DNA from: an uncultured Verrucomicrobiae bacterium
Lineage (GTDB): Bacteria; Verrucomicrobiota; Verrucomicrobiia; Chthoniobacterales; UBA10450
Reading direction: 5' to 3'
NCBI GenBank assembly: GCA_963772365.1
Contig: CAVYXA010000001.1
Location: forward strand, 32,001 to 96,000
DNA: 64,000 nt
Shown: one piece after another, positions 57,363 to 64,000 of the stretch
Position numbering within the stretch: the stretch's first letter is position 1
Layout of the letters: each line of letters opens with the position of its first letter
The notes under the pieces: model-generated
The model's input: the letters and a program-made list of their open reading frames with translations, nothing else
The model's database searches: none
Told to the model about the DNA's origin: nothing
Translations under genes and position numbers: made by a program

Positions 57363-58340
57363 ATGCGATCCCGATGGAAACAGCTGCGTTACCGGTTGGA
57401 GCATGCTGCTCTGGTTCTGGCCACGAAGCTGGTTCCATTGCTGCCGCGCAAATGTTGTCTCATCCTGGCTCGCGTTTTCGGATGGCTGATGTCTATCCTG
57501 GACCGGCGCAGCTTTCGGGTCGCTGTCAGTAACCTCGAAGCGGCCTTCGGCGACCAGTATACCGAAAGCGAGCGCCGCAAAATCGCGCGCGAATCCTTCC
57601 AGCATTTCGCCCGCAGCGCCGTCGATCTCCTCTGGAGTCCGCGTCTGACGCGCCAGAATATTTCGCGATTTGTTGAGCTGGAAAATTTCGAGGAAATCGC
57701 ACGCAGCACCGGCCCGGAACGCAGCCTGATGATCGCCTGTTTTCACTACAGCAATTTCGAATGGCTTAGTCTGGCCTGCGCCTATTTTGGATTGGAGGGC
57801 GCGATCATTACGCAAGAATTCAAAAATTCATCGCTCGAGCCGGTCTTTAGACGAATCCGGGAACGTTCCGGACATAAAATGGTGCCGCGCGAACGTGGCA
57901 TCATGCAGCTTTACAAGATCGCCCGGCGCAAAGGTCGCATCGCGTTGCTTGTCGATCTTACGGTTCCGCCCCGGCGAGGAGGAGTGGCGATCGAATGCTT
58001 TGGCTTAAAGACGAGCGTGACTGCCGCCCATGTCTGGTTGCACGACAAAACAGGTATTCCTCTTGTTCCAGCCCATTGTGAACCGTTGCCCGACGGTCGA
58101 TATCGGATCGTCTTTCATCCAAAGATTGAGATCGCCCCGGGCCAGGCGCATGAACACGTGGCGCAGCTTTGCTGGAATTCATTCGAACCGTATGTCCGTA
58201 ACAATCCCGCGCCATGGCTCTGGATGTACAAACATTGGCGGTATCGCCCGGCCAAGGCGACAAGACCGTATCCGTTTTATTCGGGTTTTTCCTGGAAGTT
58301 TGAGGCGCTGTTGGGAAATACCAAACCGGCCGCCGGTTGA
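57363..58340 (+). CDS. Lipid A biosynthesis lauroyl/myristoyl acyltransferase family
   Basis: NLEAAF, HYSNFE, LLVDL, PWLWMYKHWR. Confidence 0.85.
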   Translation: MRSRWKQLRYRLEHAALVLATKLVPLLPRKCCLILARVFGWLMSILDRRSFRVAVSNLEAAFGDQYTESERRKIARESFQHFARSAVDLLWSPRLTRQNISRFVELENFEEIARSTGPERSLMIACFHYSNFEWLSLACAYFGLEGAIITQEFKNSSLEPVFRRIRERSGHKMVPRERGIMQLYKIARRKGRIALLVDLTVPPRRGGVAIECFGLKTSVTAAHVWLHDKTGIPLVPAHCEPLPDGRYRIVFHPKIEIAPGQAHEHVAQLCWNSFEPYVRNNPAPWLWMYKHWRYRPAKATRPYPFYSGFSWKFEALLGNTKPAAG

Positions 58341-58374
58341 CAAAAGGCCGCGCGCCTCGAATGATTTTGGCGCT

Positions 58375-59034
58375 ATGAGAACCGTTCCCCAGCTTATCAC
58401 TATCGCCGCCGCGCTTGCTTTGTTCACCGGATGCCAGACCGGTGGCCTCGTTTCCCGAGGCGGACCCTACCACGTGACTGCTCTCCGGCCGCACGATCCA
58501 TCCGACGTCCGAGTAAAAGTTTCGCTGTCCAAGCAAAATATTTACGTCATGGAAGGCGACCGTTGTTTGATGGCGGTGGCCTGTTCTGTCGGAACTTCCG
58601 AGAAACCGACCCCGAAAGGCAATTTCAAAATTTACAGCAAGATTGAGCATAAGCGGTCGGGCTCATACGGATTCAGCGTGCACGGCAACACCGTTGTGCC
58701 GACGACCGCCGGCGGTGCGTCCGGTCGTTATGTCGGTTATCCAATGGGTTTCTGGTGCGAATTTGCGCCAGCCTACGGATTTCATCAGGGCTTCGTTCAT
58801 CCCACGCCGCGGACGCATGGTTGTATTCGGCTCAAGGGCGAAGCCGCGCCGAAATTTTATGCGCTGATGCGGATTGGAACGCCCGTCAATATCGCAACAA
58901 CTCAGCCCGAAGACGAAACGATCGGCCCGAAGGTGCAACGGGTGGATGACTCCAGACTTCCAGATCCCGATCCGCGCTTTATGATTTCCGACGCGGCGTT
59001 CCAAAAGCCGAGCGGCGAATTGCTGGAGCAGTAA
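58375..59034 (+). CDS. L,D-transpeptidase family lipoprotein
   Basis: Lipobox FTGC, PTPKGNF, GFHQG..THGCIRL. Confidence 0.9.
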   Translation: MRTVPQLITIAAALALFTGCQTGGLVSRGGPYHVTALRPHDPSDVRVKVSLSKQNIYVMEGDRCLMAVACSVGTSEKPTPKGNFKIYSKIEHKRSGSYGFSVHGNTVVPTTAGGASGRYVGYPMGFWCEFAPAYGFHQGFVHPTPRTHGCIRLKGEAAPKFYALMRIGTPVNIATTQPEDETIGPKVQRVDDSRLPDPDPRFMISDAAFQKPSGELLEQ

Positions 59035-59069
59035 TCAGCAGGAGGATTATTGCCGCCAAGGCCTGGCCG

Positions 59070-59159
59070 TGTCATGTTGAGCGGAGCGAAACAATCTCCG
59101 GCTTTTCGAGTGCGGTGAGATAAAATGACGCGAGATTCTTCGCTTCGCTCAGAATGACA
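59070..59159. repeat. Intergenic palindromic (REP/MITE-like) element
   Basis: TGTCATGTTGAGCGGAGCGAAACAATCTC ... GAGATTCTTCGCTTCGCTCAGAATGACA inverted arms. Confidence 0.7.
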
Positions 59160-59172
59160 AACTGAGGAAATT

Positions 59173-60411
59173 ATGAGCACAAACCTGATCTCCAGCGGCA
59201 CGACGGCGCGCGAGAAAATTAATTTACGCACGCCGGACGTGATGGCGGCCGTGCAGGAACAGGTCGAATCCCATTATCGCAGCGACATCGTCGATAAAAT
59301 CCGGCGGGCCGGCGGAATTATTTCGGTAGGAAATACCACTGTGCGGCTGGCGAAACAATTCGGCTTTTGCTACGGCGTCGAGCGCGCCATCGATCTCGCC
59401 TATGCCGCGCGCAAGGTGTTCAAGGATCGCCGGCTCTTCATTGTCGGCGAAATCATTCACAATCCGGAAGTCAACCAGCAGATCGCCGCGCTCGGTATCA
59501 AGAATCTCACTGGAAAAAACAAAGAGGCTGATATCTCCGATCTCGGCCCAGATGATGTCGTCATCGTGCCGGCGTTCGGGACGGAGTTGGCGATCCAGCG
59601 ACAAATCAAAGATCGCGGCTGCCAGATTGTCGATACTACCTGCGGCGACGTGATGAGCGTCTGGAAACGGGTTCGCAAGTATGCCAGCGAATCGGCTACT
59701 TCCATCATTCACGGCAAAGCCGAACACGAAGAGACCAAAGCCACCAGCTCGCGCGCTCTCGGCGACGGCAATGGACATTATCTCGTCGTGCTCACTCTGG
59801 CCGAGACCGATTACGTTTGCGATTACATCCGGCACGGCGGGGATAAGCATGCGTTTCTGGAGAAATTCAAAGGCGCCTACTCGGCGGGATTCGATCCCGA
59901 TATCCACCTCCAAACTGTCGGCGTAGCCAATCAAACCACCATGTTGCGCGGCGAGACCGAGGAAGTGCAGCGAAGAGTCCGGAAAGCAGTTGTCGATCGT
60001 GACGGCCCCGAGCTAGCCCAAAAGAATTTCCGATTCTTCGACACCATCTGCGGCGCAACACAGGAACGTCAGGATGCGTTGCGCGAGCTTCTTAACGTGT
60101 CGATGGATTTGCTCCTGGTCGTCGGCGGTTACAACAGCTCCAACACATCGCATCTGGCCGAGATGGGCGAAGAGAAATTGCCCACCTATTTTGTACTCAA
60201 TGCCTCACGACTCGTTTCCGCGAACGAGATCAAGCATTACGATCTACACGAGAAACGCGAAGTCGTTTCCCATTTCTGGCTCCCGCCCGGCCCAGCCGTC
60301 ATTGGCATCACCGCCGGCGCATCCTGCCCGAACAATCTGATTGAAGAAACATTGATCCGCCTCTTCGAGCTACGCGGTATTTCGCGCGACCAACTTGATC
60401 TCGCCGCGTAA
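59173..60411 (+). CDS. ispH: 4-hydroxy-3-methylbut-2-enyl diphosphate reductase
   Basis: GFCYGVERA, IIHNP, DTTC, HEET, NQTT, DTICGATQERQ, GGYNSSNT, TAGASCP. Confidence 0.96.
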   Translation: MSTNLISSGTTAREKINLRTPDVMAAVQEQVESHYRSDIVDKIRRAGGIISVGNTTVRLAKQFGFCYGVERAIDLAYAARKVFKDRRLFIVGEIIHNPEVNQQIAALGIKNLTGKNKEADISDLGPDDVVIVPAFGTELAIQRQIKDRGCQIVDTTCGDVMSVWKRVRKYASESATSIIHGKAEHEETKATSSRALGDGNGHYLVVLTLAETDYVCDYIRHGGDKHAFLEKFKGAYSAGFDPDIHLQTVGVANQTTMLRGETEEVQRRVRKAVVDRDGPELAQKNFRFFDTICGATQERQDALRELLNVSMDLLLVVGGYNSSNTSHLAEMGEEKLPTYFVLNASRLVSANEIKHYDLHEKREVVSHFWLPPGPAVIGITAGASCPNNLIEETLIRLFELRGISRDQLDLAA

Positions 60412-60493
60412 AATCGCCTACAGCAGTTTATTTGAAGGATATTGGCATAAATCTGCGTTGCCGCGTTGATGTGCGCTGATTATTCTAAATGAC

Positions 60494-60697
60494 ATGAACT
60501 TGCGCTTGGTAGTGGAGCATGATCCGGAGAGCAAGCGCTGGGCGGCTTTCTTTCCGGAACTGCCTGGGTGCGCTTCGGCAGGTGATACCGAGCAAGAAGC
60601 GATCGACAACGCAAAGGAGGCGCTCGAACTCTGGTTTGAACCCACTCCGGCTGCGGTTCCTCCCGGCGCTAAGGTCGTGGAAGTTGCTCTTACGTGA
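60494..60697 (+). CDS. hicB: HicB family antitoxin (short form)
   Basis: FPELPGCASAGDTEQEAIDNAKEAL. Confidence 0.9.
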   Translation: MNLRLVVEHDPESKRWAAFFPELPGCASAGDTEQEAIDNAKEALELWFEPTPAAVPPGAKVVEVALT

Positions 60698-60912
60698 GCG
60701 AGCGGTTTCCAGTGCGCAGCGCTCGTGACGTGATTCGGGTGTTGCGCAAGCATGGTTTCGCAATGCTCCGCCAGCGCGGTAGCCATCAGAAATGGCGACA
60801 TCCCAACGGGCGGCAAGTAATCGTCGCCGTGCACGGCAACAAACCGATTCCGATCGGTACATTAAAAAGTATCATCGAAGGAAGCGGATTAACCGTGGAG
60901 CACTTTCGATAG
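60694..60912 (+). CDS. hicA: HicA family toxin
   Basis: LRKHGF..RQRGSH..VAVHG..GTLKSI. Confidence 0.92.
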   Translation: MSERFPVRSARDVIRVLRKHGFAMLRQRGSHQKWRHPNGRQVIVAVHGNKPIPIGTLKSIIEGSGLTVEHFR

Positions 60913-60916
60913 AGGC

Positions 60917-61025
60917 GGCATGACCGCTGGCGCATCCTGTCCCGAATAACCTGATTGAAGAAACATTGATCCGCCTCTTCGAATTACGCGGCATTTCGCG
61001 CGAACAACTCGGACTCGCGGCGTAG
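60917..61025 (+). repeat. Diverged direct copy of the ispH 3' end (60304-60411)
   Basis: 14 substitutions and 1 inserted base over 108 nt by manual alignment; ends in TAG. Confidence 0.92.
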
Positions 61026-61040
61026 GGATCATGCTTCAAA

Positions 61041-61066
61041 ACCAAATTCGCGACGGCGAATTTGGT
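61041..61066. terminator. Perfect 11-bp hairpin at trailer end of array, probably bidirectional terminator
   Basis: ACCAAATTCGC-GACG-GCGAATTTGGT with T-rich runs downstream on both strands. Confidence 0.7.
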
Positions 61067-61074
61067 CTTTCTTT

Positions 61075-61466
61075 GCGCCTCAGCATTTCTGAAATCGCGA
61101 TGACTGCGATAACGCTGCGGACGACGAGTATAACGAGAACGTATTCCCGCCTCAGCATTTCTGAAATCGCGATGACTGCGATTTTGCCCTTGGACGGCGC
61201 TGGCGAGCACTCTCTGCCGCCTCAGCATTTCTGAAATCGCGATGACTGCGATTGCTGCCGCGCCTGCTACCTGGCCGATACTACTTATCCGCCTCAGCAT
61301 TTCTGAAATCGCGATGACTGCGATGATACTTCCAAGATCGATAACGATCAATGGCATGTCCGCCTCAGCATTTCTGAAATCGCGATGACTGCGATCCGGC
61401 AGCCAAACAGTGGGCTACAACGATTTCGCGCCGCCTCAGCATTTCTGAAATCGCGATGACTGCGAT
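61075..61466 (-). CRISPR. CRISPR array, 6 x 36-nt repeats, 5 spacers of 34-36 nt
   Basis: Repeat on minus strand ATCGCAGTCATCGCGATTTCAGAAATGCTGAGGCGG at 61075, 61147, 61217, 61289, 61360, 61431; only the cas-distal copy has a mismatch. Confidence 0.97.
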
Positions 61467-61644
61467 CCACCCTGTCAATAACCGGCAACTTCCCGTGGTG
61501 TCGTTAGGCGAATATCGAGCGCACTCTCGAAATGCGATGGCCTATCGCGGTCAAAAGTCATTTGCGAGTCGGAGGACGCAACGAATTTCAGAGGTAATCG
61601 CAGCCGCGCGAGCGCTGCCGCAGTAGCGCCACAGCAATCTCGCG

Positions 61645-61738
61645 CTCGCTAGTCTCGTTTATCGCGATTTCAAAGAGCTGCTTCTCCAATGGCGGAAGAG
61701 AAGTGGTCGGTGGCAGAGGCCTTTCGGCTTTGTTTGCC
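61645..61738 (-). ncRNA. Predicted tracrRNA
   Basis: Anti-repeat CAGCUCUUUGAAAUCGCGAU (61661-61680), hairpin CUUCUC/GAGAAG with loop CCGCC matching repeat end GGCGG, 5' GGCA/UGCC stem with GCCGAAAGGC hairpin. Confidence 0.8.
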
Positions 61739-61744
61739 AAGCTA

Positions 61745-61773
61745 ATTAAAGAGCGCGTTAGAACGATTGGCAA
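61745..61773 (-). promoter_or_regulatory. Sigma70-like promoter for predicted tracrRNA
   Basis: TTGCCA-N17-TTTAAT; predicted start G at 61738 is the first base of the 5' stem. Confidence 0.6.
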
Positions 61774-61804
61774 ATTCGAAATCAACTCCGAAAGCTTTCG
61801 CGAG

Positions 61805-62095
61805 CTAGATCACAGTGACGCGCGTTCTGACTGTGTAAGGTAAACCCATCGCTTCGATGATCAGGCTTGCGTCATTTGAGCTTGGTCCAAGCGAGACGAA
61901 CAAAACCTGGTCTTCATCATGATTCAAGATTGGGTGAAGAGATGTTTTCAGATTTGCCATCCTCAGATCGTCGAGCGGACATTCGAAAACAGAGTACTGC
62001 AAGCGCACGCCAAAGCCTTCGAGGACACGCGCGACCTGTCGCAAACGTTTCGGGTTGCAAATATCGTAACTGACGAGATAGCGGAGCCGGCTCAT
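61805..62095 (-). CDS. cas2: CRISPR-associated endonuclease Cas2
   Basis: YLVSYDICNPKRL, RLQYSVFEC; ATGA overlap with cas1. Confidence 0.95.
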   Translation of the reverse strand: MSRLRYLVSYDICNPKRLRQVARVLEGFGVRLQYSVFECPLDDLRMANLKTSLHPILNHDEDQVLFVSLGPSSNDASLIIEAMGLPYTVRTRVTVI

Positions 62096-63903
62096 CGCGT
62101 TGTGAAACCGTGGTAAGCGATAGCCTCGCCGCGCACGAAGCGCCAAAGTTGTCGCGCCTGCACTTCGAGCATTCGTCGATAAGCCATCTTGTAGACGAAC
62201 TGCGGATGACTTACTTCCGCGTCGAGCCGGCGGAACCATGCCTCCCAAAATGCTTTTCGACCTCGCTCGTTTAGAAAAGTGCCGCTGGCGCTGCGAATGA
62301 AATCGTCTGCGCCGACTTCGCCGCGATTCACGAGTGAGATGGCGACGCTGTCTGCGATGAGGGGACGAAATTCTTCCATCAAATCCAGCGCGAGCGCGGG
62401 CCGGCCGTAGCGCGGCTGATGCATGAAGCCGAGAAACGGATCGAGTCCCACTGCGTCGCAGACGCCGGTGAGTTCTTTGGCCAGCATGGAGTAGCCTAAC
62501 GAGAGCAACGCGTTCGCGGGATCGCGAGGCGGACGGCGATTGCGTCCACGCCAGTCGAATTTCCACGATTCTTTCAACATCGATTCGAACTGTTCGAAGT
62601 AGAGCGCGGCGGCCGTGCCTTCGATGCCGAGCAATTCCGTCATGTCATGGGCCGACTCCGTGGCGTCGCGAAAACCGGCAAGCAATTGCAAGACGCGATC
62701 AGGCACATCGCCATTGCGCATGAGCATGGTGCGTTGATTGTGAATTTTCGCGCGCACCACTTCACGCGCGAGTTGCAGACGCACGCCGGGGAGTTCGAAG
62801 AGACGATATTGTCCGCGGCGCGCGTCCACGCCACTCACCGGCAAGGCGCGCAACGTCCCGAGAAAACGCCCCGCTGGGCTAAAGTAAGCGACGTCGATTC
62901 CGAGCTCGAGGCACGTCTCGATCGCCTGCGCGGTTAATTGAATCGCGCCATAACAGTAAATCGCGCGTAGTTGATGCCCAGGCAGCTTGCGCGCTTCCGC
63001 GCCCTTCACCGAGACGACAAACTGATCGCCGCGCTGTCCAATTTGCGCTCCCGGAGTTTGCACCACCAACACTTCGCCGTCGTCGTGCTCCGGGCGCGGC
63101 GGCTGTAGAGTATGGGCCTTCTTTCCAGATTCGGCTGCGAATTCGAGCGCTTCGAAAATCTGCTCGCGCACATGATCCTCCGCTGGCGCGCTGAACCCGA
63201 AGCGAAGTTGATCATCCGGCTTCGCGGCTTTGCCCGCTCGCGCCCACCACCAGGACTCGTTAGGCAAACAGATCGGATACGCCGAACAATACAGACATCG
63301 CGGATCGTTTTTCAGCGGAGGCGGGCACTTGCCACTCGCCGCGACTGCGCGCGTTTGCTCGATGGTAGTTAGAACTTTCGCAAACAACTCTTCACTCAAT
63401 TCCAGTGGCACACGCCGCTTCTCCGCTGCGTAATAAATTGCGGCGCGCGTGGCGTTGATACCGATCTCGCGCAGCAAGAGCGCATGCGCGGCTACCTGAA
63501 TGGCATCGGGCTCTTTCGCAACACGCTCGCCGTTGTTATCGCGTCGCGCCGACCCTTTTTTGTAATCGACAATCTCCGCGCCGTCCGGACCGCCCTCGAT
63601 GAGATCGACGACGCTAATCAATCCCAGCGACGCGCTTTCCAACCGCAAACTTCGCAGCGTCGCGCCTTCAGGAAGATTTTCGCCGAGCGCTTTCAGTTTC
63701 TCTTCATCGACACGCGAGGCGCGATCGACATTGCGATGCGCATGCGACCCTTCGATCGTATCGGCGTTCTCCTGAAAAATATTCTCGACCCACTGATAAT
63801 AAAAAAGCCGCGGGCAATAGATGAAATTATGCAACCGCCGCACCGGCATCGGCGGCTGCGATTCAAGCCCGCCTTGCGTTTGCACCGGCGCATCGATTGA
63901 CAT
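62092..63903 (-). CDS. cas1: Cas4-Cas1 fusion
   Basis: Cas4: YCPR, DLIE..DYKKG, RCLYCSAYPIC; Cas1: LGIEG, RRPPRDPANALLS, GFMH, LALDLMEEFRP; start could be the later MPVRRL. Confidence 0.95.
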   Translation of the reverse strand: MSIDAPVQTQGGLESQPPMPVRRLHNFIYCPRLFYYQWVENIFQENADTIEGSHAHRNVDRASRVDEEKLKALGENLPEGATLRSLRLESASLGLISVVDLIEGGPDGAEIVDYKKGSARRDNNGERVAKEPDAIQVAAHALLLREIGINATRAAIYYAAEKRRVPLELSEELFAKVLTTIEQTRAVAASGKCPPPLKNDPRCLYCSAYPICLPNESWWWARAGKAAKPDDQLRFGFSAPAEDHVREQIFEALEFAAESGKKAHTLQPPRPEHDDGEVLVVQTPGAQIGQRGDQFVVSVKGAEARKLPGHQLRAIYCYGAIQLTAQAIETCLELGIDVAYFSPAGRFLGTLRALPVSGVDARRGQYRLFELPGVRLQLAREVVRAKIHNQRTMLMRNGDVPDRVLQLLAGFRDATESAHDMTELLGIEGTAAALYFEQFESMLKESWKFDWRGRNRRPPRDPANALLSLGYSMLAKELTGVCDAVGLDPFLGFMHQPRYGRPALALDLMEEFRPLIADSVAISLVNRGEVGADDFIRSASGTFLNERGRKAFWEAWFRRLDAEVSHPQFVYKMAYRRMLEVQARQLWRFVRGEAIAYHGFTTR

Positions 63904-63921
63904 AGCTAACTATCTTAGCTA
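63903..63921. promoter_or_regulatory. Inverted repeat, candidate antitoxin operator
   Basis: TAGCTAA-CTATC-TTAGCTA just upstream of the Phd-like start. Confidence 0.5.
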
Positions 63922-63932
63922 ATCTCGTCGCT

Positions 63933-64000
63933 GTGACGCAAGCGACCATTCATCAGGCAAAGACGCACCTCTCCAAACTCATTCGCAAAGCGCTCGACGG
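63933..64000 (+). CDS. Phd/YefM family antitoxin, truncated by window edge
   Basis: GTG start, MTQATIHQAKTHLSKLIRKALDG is the typical prevent-host-death N-terminus. Confidence 0.85.
   Translation, partial: MTQATIHQAKTHLSKLIRKALD

Noticed and set aside
60872..61357. ORFs running through the CRISPR array
   Set aside because: Artefacts of translating repeats and spacers
61111..61430. Self-targeting spacers within the window
   Set aside because: No match seen by eye; needs an alignment to exclude fully
61805..62566. 253-aa extended Cas2
   Set aside because: Upstream part overlaps cas1 in another frame; Cas2 starts at ATG 62095

Overview
The window is two unrelated pieces of DNA joined at about 27.6 kb. 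Bases 1 to ~27,600 are very GC-rich and look actinobacterial (Acidimicrobiia-like by gene content). They carry catabolic genes (acyl-CoA ligases, LLM/F420 oxidoreductases, SDR, ALDH, cyclase, amidohydrolase, NhaA-DsbA, GGDEF, ECF sigma), most broken by single-base frameshifts that look like long-read errors. Bases ~27,690 to 64,000 are of moderate GC, mostly intact, and look verrucomicrobial (Chthoniobacterales-like; inference). This part holds a caa3-type cytochrome c oxidase operon, an arsM/arsR-aquaporin-arsC cluster, a 34.5-42 kb accessory hotspot, then degP, pqiABC, an MFS transporter, lpxL, an L,D-transpeptidase and ispH. The hotspot contains toxin-antitoxin pairs, a ParB-like + nuclease-like + adenine methylase triad, a four-helix-bundle gene splitting an aldo/keto reductase, heptamer tracts and orphan 3' gene ends. 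At the right end is a CRISPR locus: cas4-cas1 fusion, cas2, a predicted tracrRNA (own promoter, anti-repeat, pseudoknot-type loop) and a 6-repeat array. The layout is type V-B (Cas12b)-like, but no effector lies next to cas4-cas1; a divergent Phd antitoxin sits there instead. The array is bounded on the other side by a hicBA cassette enclosed by a duplicated ispH 3' end.
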